The notes beneath the pieces are model-generated. The model was given only the letters and a program-made list of their open reading frames with translations. It had not been told where the DNA came from and searched no databases. A stretch of 63,624 bases of DNA, filler included, from Thermodesulfobacteriota bacterium (lineage in GTDB: Bacteria > DASVDK01), in assembly GCA_036381125.1 (NCBI GenBank). It is 4 parts of 4 records of this genome, joined end to end, with 100 filler letters (N's around TTAATTAATTAA, not from the genome) between each part and the next. Parts side by side here need not be neighbours in the genome. Positions count along the whole stretch, not along the records: positions 19,126 to 50,918 come from DASVDK010000325.1; 3 more parts are not named here. One strand, written 5' to 3'. The position numbers and the translations under genes were made by a program. Every line of letters starts with the position of its first letter. The stretch's first letter is position 1. This document shows, in pieces, positions 37,066-47,678 of this stretch.

Positions 37066-37119
37066 TGCGGCGCGGGCGCACGCCGTAGGGCCGAGCCCGC
37101 CGGCCGATCGCCGACGACC

Positions 37120-38016
37120 GTGACCCTTCCCACCGTGCCCGCAGGCAGGCAGCCAGGCGGCGTCCCCGCGAAGCCGAAGAAGAAGCTCACGCTGCCGATC
37201 CGCCCGCCCGGCCTGCCTCCGCCCCCGAAGGTCGACGAGAAGCTCCCCTTCACGGCGCACCTGGCCGAGCTCAGGATCCGCCTCGTCTACTCGGTCATCG
37301 CCATCGGCATCGCCTTCGGCATCTGCTTCTGGCAGAGCGAACGGCTCGTGGCCCTCCTGGTCGCGCCGCTCGCCGCGGTGCTGCCGCCCGAGAGCCCCAT
37401 CGTCTTCACGCGGCTCACCGAGCCCTTCTGGACCTACACGAAGCTCGCGTTCTTCTCGGCGCTGTTCTTCGCGAGCCCCGTCTGGCTCGTGCAGGCGTGG
37501 GCCTTCGTGGCGCCCGGCCTCTACGACAACGAGCGGCGCGTGGTGCTGCCGCTCGTCGGCCTGTCGGTGGCGGCCTTCATGGTGGGAGGCGCCTTCTGCT
37601 ACTTCGTGGCCTTCCCGCGGATGTTCCGGTTCTTCCTCTCGTTCCAGACGCCGTACCTGCTGGCCGCCCCATCGATCAGCGAGTACCTCTCGCTCACGAG
37701 CAAGCTCGTCCTCGCCTTCGGCGCCGGCTTCGAGTTCCCGGTGGCGATCCTCGTCCTCGCCCGGCTCGGCGCCGTGACGGCCGAGAAGCTGCGCAGGGTG
37801 CGCGGCTACGCCGTGTTCGGCATCTTCGTCCTCGCCGCGCTGGTGACGCCGCCCGACCTCGTCTCGCAACTCGTCTTCGCCCTGCCGATGATCGTGCTCT
37901 ACGAGGTGGGGATCTGGGTGGCCTGGGCCTTCGGCCGGCAGCGCCCCGAGCGGCCCGCCGAAGAGCCGCCCGAGTCGCCCCACCAGCCGCCGTCGGGAGG
38001 CTCCGCGACCGCGTAG
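37120..38016 (+). CDS. tatC: Twin-arginine translocase subunit TatC
   Basis: HLAELRIRL, FVAPGLYDNERR, FEFPV, VTPPD..SQ....PM..LYE. Confidence 0.96.
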   Translation: MTLPTVPAGRQPGGVPAKPKKKLTLPIRPPGLPPPPKVDEKLPFTAHLAELRIRLVYSVIAIGIAFGICFWQSERLVALLVAPLAAVLPPESPIVFTRLTEPFWTYTKLAFFSALFFASPVWLVQAWAFVAPGLYDNERRVVLPLVGLSVAAFMVGGAFCYFVAFPRMFRFFLSFQTPYLLAAPSISEYLSLTSKLVLAFGAGFEFPVAILVLARLGAVTAEKLRRVRGYAVFGIFVLAALVTPPDLVSQLVFALPMIVLYEVGIWVAWAFGRQRPERPAEEPPESPHQPPSGGSATA

Positions 38017-38025
38017 CTCCGCTGG

Positions 38026-40188
38026 TCAGTTCACCTGACGGATGCGGCGGTTGTCGATGGTGAGGAGGAGCATGGGGCGGATCGGCTCGCGCTCGGCCGA
38101 GAAGGCGAACGGCCCGGTGAGCCCCGGGAAGCCCTGCACCTGCGAGAGCGCCTGGCGAAGCGCCTCGCGCGACGTCGGCTGCGCGCGCCTCAGCGTGTCG
38201 AGGAGGATCCGCATGGCGTCGTACGCCTGGGCCTCGAGGATGGTCGGCGTGTCGTCGAACTGCGCCTTGAAGCGGCTGACGAACTCCCGGATCGCCGGGT
38301 TCTGGCTGTCGGCCCAGAACGGGTCGACGAAGAGGGCCCCCTGGACGTACTCGCGCGCCTCGCGGACGAGGTCGAGCGAGTTCCAGCCCGCCACGCCGAG
38401 CAGCCGGATGCCCTTCACGTCGTAGAAGGCGAGCTGCGGCGCGATGAGCGCGACCCGGTCGTAGTACGCCGGGATGAAGAGCGCGTCGAACTCGATCTGG
38501 AGCCCGGGTGTCACCTCGCCCGGCCGCGGCCGCCGCGTGCGCGGCGCCGTCTTCACCTTGGCGAGCTGCCGGATCTCCTTGCCGAAGTCGGTCTGCGTCG
38601 GCTCGAAGCCGATCGTGTCGGTGATGACCCCGCCCCGGGCCAGCACCTCGGCCTTGAAGGCCTCGAGCATCTCGAGACCCGAGGGGTCGTTCGGATAGAG
38701 GACGGCGAATCGCGAGAGGCCCTCGCGCTCCATGGCGTGCCGTGCGATGGCCTGCGCCTGGAGGGCGCCGGTCGTGAACGGCCGGAAGACGAACGGGCCG
38801 ATCTCGGTGAGCTTCGGCCGCTGGGAGAGCGCGAGGAGCGGCACGGCGAGCCGCTGCGCCGCCTTGGCCGCCTCGGTGGCCTCGGCGGGGAGGAGCGGCC
38901 CCACGATGGCGATGGCCCGCTCCTGCGCCACCAGCTCCTCGACCGCCCGCACCGCCACGGACGGCTCGCCGGCGCTGTCGCGGATGGCGAGCCGGACGGG
39001 GGGATCGGCCGGCTGGCCGCCCGCGAAGACGCCGGCGGCCAGCATGAGCCCGTTGAGGAGACGCTCGCCGAACGCCTGGTAGCGGCCCGACAGCGGCAGG
39101 ACCACGCCGACCACCCCGGGATCCGCGCCCGCCACGCGGAGCGCCTCGTCGAGCGCGGCCTGGGCGCGGGCCGCGAGGTCGGGCGGCGCCTCCGCGGGGA
39201 GCGGCGAGGCGAGCACCTCGCGCGCGAGCCGCTCGGCCGTGGCGGGATCGCCGTCCTGGAGCGCGCGCCGCGACAGGCTCAACCGGGCGAGGGGGGCGGC
39301 CACGCCCGGGCCGGTCGCGGCCAGCTCCTCCAGATCGGTGCGCGAGAGACGCTCGTCGGCCAGCAGCGCGGTGAGGCGCTGGTCGGCCTCGGTCCGGAAC
39401 TGCGCGGGCGGCGACAGCGCGAGGAGGCGGGCGTAGGTGCGGGCCGCCTCGACGGGCCGACCGATCTCGGCGAAGCCCTGGGCGAGGAGCAGATGGGCCT
39501 GCGCCTGCTGGAACGGGTCGAGCGAGCTGCCGGCGACGAGCCCCTTCAGGATCTCGACGGCGTCCTCGACCCGACGCAGGCGGTAGTCGGCGTATGCGAG
39601 CCGGTAGCGCGCGGAGGGGCCGAGCGGCGAGGCCGGGAACTGGAGGAGCATCTCCTCGAAGCGGCGGCGCGCCGCCTCGTAGTCCTCGCGCCTGATGGCG
39701 ATCTCGCCGAGCCGGAAGAGGGCGCTGGCCGACAGGGCATCGGTCGGGTAGCGGAAGAGCAGCTCCTCGTACAGCGACCGGGCCTGGTCGAAGTCCTGCA
39801 CCGCGAACGCCGCCTCGGCCTGCCGCAACAGCTCGCCGGCCGGCACGACGGGAGCAGGCGCCGGCGCCGGCGCCGGCTGCGGCGGCTGCTGGATCGGGGC
39901 CGACTGGATGTCCGAGGGCGGTAGCTGGGCCACCGGTCCGGGACCCGACGCGGTCGGCACGCGCGGCGCCTGGGCCTGCCGCGGCGGGGGCGTCTGCTGC
40001 GGCAGCGGCGCAGGCCTGGCGGCAGGGGCCGGCGATGCCGAGGGGAGGGGCGACGCCGCGGGCGCGGGGACCGGGACCGGCCGCGCGAGCTCGCTCGGGG
40101 TCCGCCCCGGAGAGGCGCCGGCGGTCTGGCAGCCGGCCGAGAGGAGCGCAGCGAGGAGGACCGCCACCAGGCGCGCCAGGCGTGTCAT
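38026..40188 (-). CDS. LpoA/LppC-like lipoprotein (TPR domain plus periplasmic-binding-protein fold), putative PBP activator
   Basis: Lipobox LLSAGC, Pro/Gln linker, TPRs, [35 protein letters not shown] overlaps the dnaJ stop. Confidence 0.75.
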   Translation of the reverse strand: MTRLARLVAVLLAALLSAGCQTAGASPGRTPSELARPVPVPAPAASPLPSASPAPAARPAPLPQQTPPPRQAQAPRVPTASGPGPVAQLPPSDIQSAPIQQPPQPAPAPAPAPVVPAGELLRQAEAAFAVQDFDQARSLYEELLFRYPTDALSASALFRLGEIAIRREDYEAARRRFEEMLLQFPASPLGPSARYRLAYADYRLRRVEDAVEILKGLVAGSSLDPFQQAQAHLLLAQGFAEIGRPVEAARTYARLLALSPPAQFRTEADQRLTALLADERLSRTDLEELAATGPGVAAPLARLSLSRRALQDGDPATAERLAREVLASPLPAEAPPDLAARAQAALDEALRVAGADPGVVGVVLPLSGRYQAFGERLLNGLMLAAGVFAGGQPADPPVRLAIRDSAGEPSVAVRAVEELVAQERAIAIVGPLLPAEATEAAKAAQRLAVPLLALSQRPKLTEIGPFVFRPFTTGALQAQAIARHAMEREGLSRFAVLYPNDPSGLEMLEAFKAEVLARGGVITDTIGFEPTQTDFGKEIRQLAKVKTAPRTRRPRPGEVTPGLQIEFDALFIPAYYDRVALIAPQLAFYDVKGIRLLGVAGWNSLDLVREAREYVQGALFVDPFWADSQNPAIREFVSRFKAQFDDTPTILEAQAYDAMRILLDTLRRAQPTSREALRQALSQVQGFPGLTGPFAFSAEREPIRPMLLLTIDNRRIRQVN

Positions 40189-41309
40189 CCGAAGAGTTCC
40201 TTCACCTTGTCGAGGAACGACTTGCCGAGGGGGTGCGTCGCCTCGTCGCTCGCCCTGGCGAACTCCTCGAGGAGCTTGCGCTGCTTGGCGTTGAGGCCGG
40301 TCGGGGTCTCGACCTTGACGACGACGTGCTGATCGCCCCTGCCGTACGCCGACAGATGGGGGATCCCCTTGCCCTTGAGGCGGAAGACCTTGCCCGACTG
40401 GGTGCCGGCCGGCACCTTGAGGCTGACCTTGCCTTCGAGGGTCGGTACCTCGATTTCCGCCCCGAGCGCGGCCTGCACGAAGCTGATCGGCACCTCGCAG
40501 ACGACGTCGTCCCCCTGCCGCTCGAAGATGGGGTGCGGCTTGACCGAGATGACGACGTAGAGGTCGCCCGGCGGCCCGCCGCGCACTCCCCGCTCCCCCT
40601 CGCCGGTGAGCTTGAGGCGCGAGCCGGTCTCCACGCCGGCGGGGATCTTCACGGCCAGCGTGGCGGTGTCGCGGACGAGGCCGCCGCCCCGGCACTCGGG
40701 GCAGGGCTGCTCGACGATGCGCCCCTCGCCCCGGCACTGCGGGCAGGTCTTGTTGATGCTGAAGAAGCCCTGGGTGTAGCGGACCTGGCCGAGGCCGCGG
40801 CAGGTCGGACAGGTGACCGGACGTGTCCCGGCCCGCGCGCCGCTGCCGCCGCAGGCGGCGCACTCGGTCTGGCGCGGCACCTGGATGGTCACCTCCGTGC
40901 CGAACGCCGCCTGGTCGAACGACAGCTCGAGGTTGTAGCGCAGGTCGTCGCCGCGCCGCCCGCGCGTGCGGCGGGCGCCGCCCACGGCCTGACCGAAGAG
41001 GTCGCCGAAGAGGTCGTTGAAGAGGTCGTTGAAGCTGCCGGCCCCGAAGTCGCCCGGGCGGAAGCCGCCGCCGAAGCCGGCCTCGGCCCCCATGTGCCCG
41101 AACTGGTCGTAGACCCGGCGCTTCTCGGCGTCGGAGAGGACCTGGTAGGCCTCCGACACCTCCTTGAACCGCTCCTCCGCCTCCCGGTTGCCGGGGTTCT
41201 TGTCGGGGTGGTACTGGAGAGCCAGACGTCGGTAGGCCTTCTTCAGCTCCTCGGCCGAAGCGTCCCGGGAGACGCCGAGCACCTCGTAGTAGTCGCGCTT
41301 CTGGCTCAC
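40185..41309 (-). CDS. dnaJ: Chaperone DnaJ
   Basis: [15 protein letters not shown] region, four CxxCxGxG repeats, GPPGDLYV. Confidence 0.99.
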   Translation of the reverse strand: MSQKRDYYEVLGVSRDASAEELKKAYRRLALQYHPDKNPGNREAEERFKEVSEAYQVLSDAEKRRVYDQFGHMGAEAGFGGGFRPGDFGAGSFNDLFNDLFGDLFGQAVGGARRTRGRRGDDLRYNLELSFDQAAFGTEVTIQVPRQTECAACGGSGARAGTRPVTCPTCRGLGQVRYTQGFFSINKTCPQCRGEGRIVEQPCPECRGGGLVRDTATLAVKIPAGVETGSRLKLTGEGERGVRGGPPGDLYVVISVKPHPIFERQGDDVVCEVPISFVQAALGAEIEVPTLEGKVSLKVPAGTQSGKVFRLKGKGIPHLSAYGRGDQHVVVKVETPTGLNAKQRKLLEEFARASDEATHPLGKSFLDKVKELFG

Positions 41310-41395
41310 GTCCGACTGGTCCCTCTGGTCCCCGGGGAGTGATCCTTCCTAACAGACCGGGTGCGGAAACGCAATCGCGTTGGACGTGGTCCGGC

Positions 41396-42004
41396 TCACG
41401 CGGACTCCCCGCCGCCGCCGCCCTCCTCGTCCGGTCCCGGCGTGGACGCCGGCATCGCGACCGCCACCATGGCCGGGCGGACCAGGCGGCCGTTGAGCGT
41501 GTACCCTCGCCGGTACTCGGCGACCACGGTCCCCTCCGGCTCGCTGCTCGGCACCCGCTGGACCGCCTCGTGAACCGTCGGGTCGAACGGGCGGCCGAGC
41601 GCCTCGACCGGTATCACGCCGTACTTCTTCAGGATGCCGAGGATCTGGCTCTGGGTGAGGGCGACCCCCTCGCGGATGGCGCTCACGGCCGGGTCCTCAC
41701 CCTGGGCTGCCGCCAGCCCCCGCTCGAGGTTGTCGAGCGCCGGCAGGAGGTCGCGCACGAGCTGCTCGTTGGCATAGCGGAGCCCCTCGGCCAGCTCCCG
41801 CTGCGCCCGCTTGCGGACGTTCTCGAGCTCCGCCTGAGCCCGCAGGTACCTGTCGTGCGTCTCGGCCGCCTTCGCCTCGGCCGCGGCGGCCCGGGCCTCG
41901 GCCTCCGCGAGCGGGTCGGGGGTGACCTCCGCCTCGGTGGCCCGCTCGGGAAGTTCCTGCGGCGCCTCGGGCTCGGCTCGGTTATCGGGGGACTCGGTGC
42001 TCAC
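41396..42004 (-). CDS. grpE: Nucleotide exchange factor GrpE
   Basis: YLRAQAELENVRKR, LLPALDNLER, FDPTVHEA, RGYTLNGRLVRPAMVAV; AGGAG RBS before GTG 42004. Confidence 0.97.
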   Translation of the reverse strand: MSTESPDNRAEPEAPQELPERATEAEVTPDPLAEAEARAAAAEAKAAETHDRYLRAQAELENVRKRAQRELAEGLRYANEQLVRDLLPALDNLERGLAAAQGEDPAVSAIREGVALTQSQILGILKKYGVIPVEALGRPFDPTVHEAVQRVPSSEPEGTVVAEYRRGYTLNGRLVRPAMVAVAMPASTPGPDEEGGGGGESA

Positions 42005-42025
42005 TCGGCAACTCCTGTGACTCAC

Positions 42026-42062
42026 AAAAGCCGCAGCCAGGTCCGGATGGGACCTGGCTGCG
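42026..42062 (-). terminator. Intrinsic terminator-like hairpin between hrcA and grpE
   Basis: 13-bp perfect stem CGCAGCCAGGTCC/GGACCTGGCTGCG (42032-42062), followed on the minus strand by GCTTTT. Confidence 0.55.
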
Positions 42063-42129
42063 ACGGAACCTCATGGCGATCGGGCGAGGTCGGCGACCGC
42101 GCGGTCTCCTGGCCGACCACGCGGGACGC

Positions 42130-43227
42130 TTACTGCTCGAGCAGCCGGCTCACGAGGCGGGCGGTGTAGTCCACGACGGGAATGACCCGGGAGTAGTTCA
42201 TCCGGGTCGGTCCGATCACGCCGAGCGTGCCGACGACCTCGTCGCCCACCGTGTAGTGGGAGAGGATGAGGCTGCAGCCGGCCATCTCGTCCGCCTCGCT
42301 CTCGTGCCCGATGATGATCTGCAGGCCCCGGGCCTGCATGCTCTTGTCGATCAGCTTGATGAGGAGCGATTTCTCCTCGAAGGCCTTGAAGAGGGCCTTC
42401 ATCTTCTCCACGCTCGCGAACTCCGGCTGCTCGGCGATGGAGAGCTTGCCCTCGATGAAGACCTCGGACTCCGCCGACTCCTCCGCCGACTCGAACGCAC
42501 GGCGCGCGAGCGCCTGCGCCTCGGCGTAGAGGCGGTCGTAGAGCGCCTTGTCGGCCCGCATCTCCGCGAGGAGCCGCTCCCGCGCCTGCCGCAGGGTGAG
42601 CCCCGCGATGATGCTGTTCAGGTAGTTCGAGATCTCGTGCAGCCGGTCCTGCGTCAGCGGCTCGTCGGCATGGATGAGCTTGTTGTGGACCACGCCGGTC
42701 TCCGTGACCAGGATGACGAGGATGTCGCGCTCCCTGAGCCGCACGAACTCGATGTGCCGGAACCGCGTCGCCTCGATGCGCGGCGCGACCGCGAGGCCGG
42801 CCAGGCTCGAGAAGGCCGACAGCAGCCGCGAGGTCTCGCGCAGCACCTCGGCGCCGTCGCCGAGGGGCGTGTTGTACCGGCTGCGGATGCGCTCCTGCTC
42901 CTGCCTCGACAGCGGCCGCGGCTCGAGCAGGTCCACGTAGAAGCGGAACCCCTTGTCCGTCGGGATCCGGCCCGCCGACGTGTGCGGCTGCTGCAGGTAC
43001 CCGGCCTCCTCGAGGTCGGCCATCACGTTGCGGACCGACGCCGGCGACAGGTTGAGCCCGTACTTGCGCGAGATGGTGCGCGAGCCGACCGGCTCGGCGC
43101 TGGCGATGTAATCGGTGACGACCGCGTGCAGGATCTGACGATCACGCTCCGTCAACCGGTCGTGAGCGCCGGGGGACCGTGCGATGCCGATACGTTCCGT
43201 GCCTGTCTCGCCCCTCGGCTCGTCCAT
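42130..43227 (-). CDS. hrcA: Heat-inducible transcription repressor HrcA
   Basis: LTERDRQIL, EPVGSR, LSPASVRNVMADLE..GYL.QPHTSAGRIPTDKGFRFYVD, GVIGPTRMNY. Confidence 0.98.
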   Translation of the reverse strand: MDEPRGETGTERIGIARSPGAHDRLTERDRQILHAVVTDYIASAEPVGSRTISRKYGLNLSPASVRNVMADLEEAGYLQQPHTSAGRIPTDKGFRFYVDLLEPRPLSRQEQERIRSRYNTPLGDGAEVLRETSRLLSAFSSLAGLAVAPRIEATRFRHIEFVRLRERDILVILVTETGVVHNKLIHADEPLTQDRLHEISNYLNSIIAGLTLRQARERLLAEMRADKALYDRLYAEAQALARRAFESAEESAESEVFIEGKLSIAEQPEFASVEKMKALFKAFEEKSLLIKLIDKSMQARGLQIIIGHESEADEMAGCSLILSHYTVGDEVVGTLGVIGPTRMNYSRVIPVVDYTARLVSRLLEQ

Positions 43228-43315
43228 GGCTTCGCCCCCGCGACGGGGCTCGAGTCCCGTCGGGAACCGCGACCCGCGCCGTTCCCATTGTGTATCGAGG
43301 AGTTCTGGGCGCGGG

Positions 43316-43342
43316 TTGGCACTCGCCCCCTGCGAGTGCCAG
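43316..43342. promoter_or_regulatory. CIRCE operator (HrcA binding site)
   Basis: TTGGCACTC-N9-GAGTGCCAG versus consensus TTAGCACTC-N9-GAGTGCTAA, upstream of hrcA; minus-strand TTGACA at 43378-43373. Confidence 0.9.
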
Positions 43343-43437
43343 TGCCACTTTCTACCGCAGCCGACTTCCGGCTGTCAAGGCGCGGCCGCTCGGATCCGGG
43401 GGTCGTGGCCCTGTTCTTGCTTGTCTATAGCGGCCGC

Positions 43438-44619
43438 TCAGGCGAGGCGAGCGACGATCTCGTCGCAGAGGAGCCAGGCGGTCGGCGAGGCGACGCGCAG
43501 CCGGCCGTCCCGCCTGGTCACGAGGCCTCCCGACTCGAGGTCCCGCAGCGCCGCGGCCGCGTGCCGCTCGATCGGCTCGCCGACCAGGCGGGCGTAGCCG
43601 TCGAGGTCGACGCCGTCCGCCTGCCGCAGGCCGAGCAGGAGCGCCTCCATCCGGGCCTCGTCGCGGCCGAGCACCTCGCCGCCTGCGCGGGCCGGTGCGT
43701 CCGGCGCGGCGGCCGCCGCGGCCGCCCGCCCCGTGGCCGCCGCCATGTAGAGGACCGGGTCGTCGACGTTCCAGGCGCGCGTACCGTACGGGCCGCTGGC
43801 CGGCTCGAAGCTGTGGGCGCCGGCCCCGAAGCCCCGATAGGGGCGCCGGTTCCAGTAGGCCGCGTTGTGGCGGGCTCGGGCGCCGGGTCGGGCGTAGTTC
43901 GAGACCTCGTAGTGCTCGTAGCCCGCGGCACGCAGCCGCTCGTCGGCCAGGAGGAACATGTCGGCCTGCAGGGCGTCGTCGGGGCGGGCGAGGCGGCCAC
44001 GGGCCTCGAGGGCCGCGAAGGGGGTGCCCGGCTCCACGGTCAGCCCGTAGCAGGAGATGTGGGCCGGCGCGGCGTCGACGGCGCGCGCCACCTCGGCCGC
44101 CCAGCCCGACAGCGTCTGACCCGGCGCGCCGAAGATCAGGTCGAGGGAGAACGTGTCGAACCCGGCCGCGCGGGCGTCGGCGAGCAGGCGCGGGCCGTCC
44201 TCGGCCTTGTGCGCGCGCCCGAGCGCCCCGAGGGTCCGGCCGTCGAAGGCCTGCAGGCCGATCGAGAGCCGGGTCACGCCGGCCGCGCGCAGGCCGGCCA
44301 GCCCCTCGCGGTCCACGGTGGCCGGGTCGGCCTCGAGCGTCACCTCGGCGCCCGGCTCGAACGGGAAGGCGCGATCGATCGCCTCGAGCAGCCGTGCGAC
44401 GGCCCGGGGATGGAACAGGGACGGGGTCCCGCCCCCCAGGTAGACCGTCGCCGCCGGCCGGCCGCCGTCGGGCCCGGCGGCGGCCGCCGCCACCTCGGCG
44501 AGGAGCGCCTCGACGTAGGGCCCCTCCTCGCCGCCCCGGGCGCGAACGGCCACGAAGTTGCAGTACGGGCACTTGGTCCGGCAGTAGGGGATGTGAACGT
44601 AGACACCGAGCGAAGTCAC
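43438..44619 (-). CDS. hemW: Radical SAM heme chaperone HemW (HemN-like)
   Basis: YVHIPYCRTKCPYCNF (CxxxCxxC), YLGGGTPS, YEVSNYA, HNAAYW; classic position upstream of hrcA. Confidence 0.93.
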   Translation of the reverse strand: MTSLGVYVHIPYCRTKCPYCNFVAVRARGGEEGPYVEALLAEVAAAAAGPDGGRPAATVYLGGGTPSLFHPRAVARLLEAIDRAFPFEPGAEVTLEADPATVDREGLAGLRAAGVTRLSIGLQAFDGRTLGALGRAHKAEDGPRLLADARAAGFDTFSLDLIFGAPGQTLSGWAAEVARAVDAAPAHISCYGLTVEPGTPFAALEARGRLARPDDALQADMFLLADERLRAAGYEHYEVSNYARPGARARHNAAYWNRRPYRGFGAGAHSFEPASGPYGTRAWNVDDPVLYMAAATGRAAAAAAAPDAPARAGGEVLGRDEARMEALLLGLRQADGVDLDGYARLVGEPIERHAAAALRDLESGGLVTRRDGRLRVASPTAWLLCDEIVARLA

Positions 44620-44669
44620 GGGTTTACCTGCTGGACAACGGCAAGTGGCGGGCGTAGAATCCCCGCCCT

Positions 44670-47204
44670 ATGAATGGGGCGGACTTCCCTCGCGCCGTGC
44701 GGGAGCGGATCGCGGATGCGCGGGCCTGGCTTGCCAGGCAGCGCGCGCTCACCGTCCTCGCCATCCTCCTGCTCTTCGTCTTCGTGGCCGGCACCGTCGT
44801 GGGCGGGGCCCTCTACGTGAACCTGGCGAGCGGCCTGCCCGACATCCAGGACGTCGAGAAGGATTATAGGCCCCCCATCATCACGCGCGTGCTCGACGCC
44901 GAGGGACGCCTCATGGGCGAACTCTTCGTCGAGCGCCGCATCGTCGTGCCGGTGTCGGAGATCCCGCCGCTGCTCGTGCAGGCGTTCGTGGCTGCCGAGG
45001 ACCAGCGCTTCTTCGAGCACTCCGGCATCGACTTCAAGGGGCTGGTGCGCGCGGTCATCGCCACCCTGTTCGAGGGGCGCCGGCAGGGCGGCAGCACCAT
45101 CACCATGCAGGTGGCCAAGACCTTCTTCCTCGCCGACGAGGCGCGGGCGAGGAGCTGGGCGGAGCGGCTCCGCTACAAGCTCAAGCAGGGCATCCTCGCC
45201 TACCGGCTCGAGAAGCACCTCTCGAAGGAGCAGATCCTCTACCTCTACCTCAATCAGATCTACCTCGGCCACGGCGCCTACGGCGTCGGCGCGGCGGCGC
45301 AGACCTACTTCGGCAAGGAGGTGAAGGACCTGACCCTCCCCGAGGCGGCCCTGCTGGCCGGCCTGCCCCAGGCGCCCGCCACCTACTCGCCCTACAACAA
45401 CCCCGAGCGCACGCGGGAGCGCCGCAGCTACGTCATCTCCCGCATGCGGGAGGAGGGCTACGTCACCGCGGCGGAGGCCGAGGAGGCGCAGAAGGCGCCG
45501 CTGGTCACCAAGGTCAAGTCGCTCGACGACCTCGACGCGGCGGCGTACTACACGGAGTACGTGCGCCAGTACCTCTACGAGAAGTACGGCGCCGACGCGG
45601 TGCTGAAGGACGGCCTCACCGTCTACACGAGCGCCGACATCGACTTCCAGCGGGCCGCACAGCGGGCGATCACCCGCGGCCTACGCGCCCTCGACAAGCG
45701 CATCGGCTACCGCGGGCCGCTCGAGCGGCTCGCCGAGGCGGCCGACCGGGAGGCCTTCCTCGCCGAGGAGACGAAGAAGACCGGCGGCGTCGTCGAGGTC
45801 TCCCCGCCGTCCGACCCGATCCTCTACAAGGCGCTGGTGACGAAGGTCGATCCGAAGGGCGCCGACGTGACGGTGGCCGGCAGCGTGCCGGCGCGCCTGC
45901 CGCTCGAGGAGATGGTCTGGGCGCGCAAGCCCAACCCCGAGGTCCAGTGGGACGACGCCCCGGTCAGGGACGCCACCACGGTCCTCAAGCCGGGCGACGT
46001 GATCCTCGTGTCCATCCGCTCGCTGCCGCCGGCGAAGCCCGAGCGCGGGTCGAAGGCGCCCGCCGTGGCGATCGCGTCGCTCGAGCAGGAGCCGCAGGTG
46101 CAGGGCGCCCTCCTGGCGCTCGACCCGCAGACCGGCGCCGTGCGGGCCATGATCGGCGGCCTCGACTTCTCGCGGTCGCAGTTCAACCGGGCCATCCAGG
46201 CGCGACGGCAGCCCGGCTCGGCCTTCAAGCCGATCATCTACGCAGCCGCCCTCGACAGCCCCAAGGGGTTCACGCCCGCCTCGATCGTCGTCGACTCCCC
46301 CTTCATCGAGGACACCGAGGAGCTGCAGTGGCGCCCGAAGAACTTCGACGGCCGCTTCCACGGCCCGACGACGCTGCGCGAGGCGCTCACCCACTCGCGC
46401 AACCTCGTCTCCATCAAGCTCCTCGACCAGATCGGCGTCGGCTACGCCATCGACTACGCGCGGACGCTCGGCATCACCGCGCCGCTCAACCGCGACCTCT
46501 CCCTCGCGCTCGGCTCCTCGGGTGTCTCGCTGCTCGAGCTGGTGCGCGCCTACGCGGTCTTCGCCGCGGCGGGCAACCGCCCCGAGCCGCTCTTCATCAC
46601 GCGGGTGCTCGACCGCGACGGCAACGTGCTCGAGGAGAACCAGCCGGTCGTCACCCCCAACGTCATCAGCGCGGAGACGGCGTTCATCATGACCAACATG
46701 CTGACCGGCGTCGTGCAGGACGGGACCGCGCAGCGCGTCAAGGCGCTCGGCCGGCCGGTGGCCGGCAAGACGGGCACCACCAACGACCTGGTCGACGCCT
46801 GGTTCGTGGGCTACACGCCGGACCTGGTGGCCGGCGTCTGGGTGGGCTTCGACGACACCAGCCGCTACCTCGGCAACGGCGAGACCGGCTCGCGCGCCGC
46901 CTCGCCGATCTGGCTCGACTTCATGCAGGAGGCGCTCAAGGGCTCGCCGGTCCGGGGCTTCCTGCCGGCGCCGCCCGGGGTGGTCTTCGCGCGGATCGAC
47001 GCGAAGACCGGGCTCCTGCCGGGACCCGGCTCCGCCGAGGTGATCTACGAGTCCTTCAAGCAGGGCACGGCGCCGACGATGGTCTCCGGCGGAGACGGCG
47101 GCATCCCCGGGGGGCCGATCGACCTGCGCTCCATCGGCGAGGTGCCGGCCGATCCCGCCGTGCCGCCGCCCCAGCCCGGCGCGCCGGTGAGGCTGCCGCA
47201 GTAG
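44670..47204 (+). CDS. mrcA: Penicillin-binding protein 1A
   Basis: TM anchor; AAEDQRFFEHSGID, QGGSTITMQ, YLNQIYLG (GT51); OB insert; GSAFKP (SxxK), SRN, KTGTTN. Confidence 0.96.
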   Translation: MNGADFPRAVRERIADARAWLARQRALTVLAILLLFVFVAGTVVGGALYVNLASGLPDIQDVEKDYRPPIITRVLDAEGRLMGELFVERRIVVPVSEIPPLLVQAFVAAEDQRFFEHSGIDFKGLVRAVIATLFEGRRQGGSTITMQVAKTFFLADEARARSWAERLRYKLKQGILAYRLEKHLSKEQILYLYLNQIYLGHGAYGVGAAAQTYFGKEVKDLTLPEAALLAGLPQAPATYSPYNNPERTRERRSYVISRMREEGYVTAAEAEEAQKAPLVTKVKSLDDLDAAAYYTEYVRQYLYEKYGADAVLKDGLTVYTSADIDFQRAAQRAITRGLRALDKRIGYRGPLERLAEAADREAFLAEETKKTGGVVEVSPPSDPILYKALVTKVDPKGADVTVAGSVPARLPLEEMVWARKPNPEVQWDDAPVRDATTVLKPGDVILVSIRSLPPAKPERGSKAPAVAIASLEQEPQVQGALLALDPQTGAVRAMIGGLDFSRSQFNRAIQARRQPGSAFKPIIYAAALDSPKGFTPASIVVDSPFIEDTEELQWRPKNFDGRFHGPTTLREALTHSRNLVSIKLLDQIGVGYAIDYARTLGITAPLNRDLSLALGSSGVSLLELVRAYAVFAAAGNRPEPLFITRVLDRDGNVLEENQPVVTPNVISAETAFIMTNMLTGVVQDGTAQRVKALGRPVAGKTGTTNDLVDAWFVGYTPDLVAGVWVGFDDTSRYLGNGETGSRAASPIWLDFMQEALKGSPVRGFLPAPPGVVFARIDAKTGLLPGPGSAEVIYESFKQGTAPTMVSGGDGGIPGGPIDLRSIGEVPADPAVPPPQPGAPVRLPQ

Positions 47205-47208
47205 CCTC

Positions 47209-47673
47209 CTACTTCGCCGCGGTCGTCTCGAGGGTGAAGTCGGCCCGCCAGAGGCCGGCCGCCTCGTCGTGGTCGACCGAGAGCCTGTGGTAGGGGACGC
47301 CGCGCACCTCGCGGCGCCGCACGATCCGCTCGGGCGGCAGCCTCTCGCCCCACGCCTCCGCGGACAGGCGGTGCTTCGAGATCTCGTGGATGACGAACTT
47401 CTTGAAGACGTAGCCGCGCTGCTGGTGCGCCGCGATCAACTCGCGCACCCAGTGGACCACCATGTCCGCCCAGCCGTTGCCCTCGAGGTTGATCTGCACC
47501 GCGACCGTGGCGGCGAGCTCGGCCGGCGGCTCCACCATGGCATCGGTCACGGCGCGCGCGATGCCGACGAAGAGGTCGCGCTCGGTCGCCGCCTCGACGC
47601 TGACCGGATGCTCCTCGAGGACCTCGGTCGCCTTCGCCTTCTTCCGCCCGCCTGTCCGCTTGGTCGTCGCCAT
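47209..47673 (-). CDS. Archease-like protein (divergent)
   Basis: EA..E.DLF..A.A, W..EL, L.A..WGE, REVRGVPYHRL.V, W.A.F.L follow the archease pattern, but HTAD, IKA.T and the terminal D-phi motifs are altered. Confidence 0.65.
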   Translation of the reverse strand: MATTKRTGGRKKAKATEVLEEHPVSVEAATERDLFVGIARAVTDAMVEPPAELAATVAVQINLEGNGWADMVVHWVRELIAAHQQRGYVFKKFVIHEISKHRLSAEAWGERLPPERIVRRREVRGVPYHRLSVDHDEAAGLWRADFTLETTAAK

Positions 47674-47678
47674 AAGCC

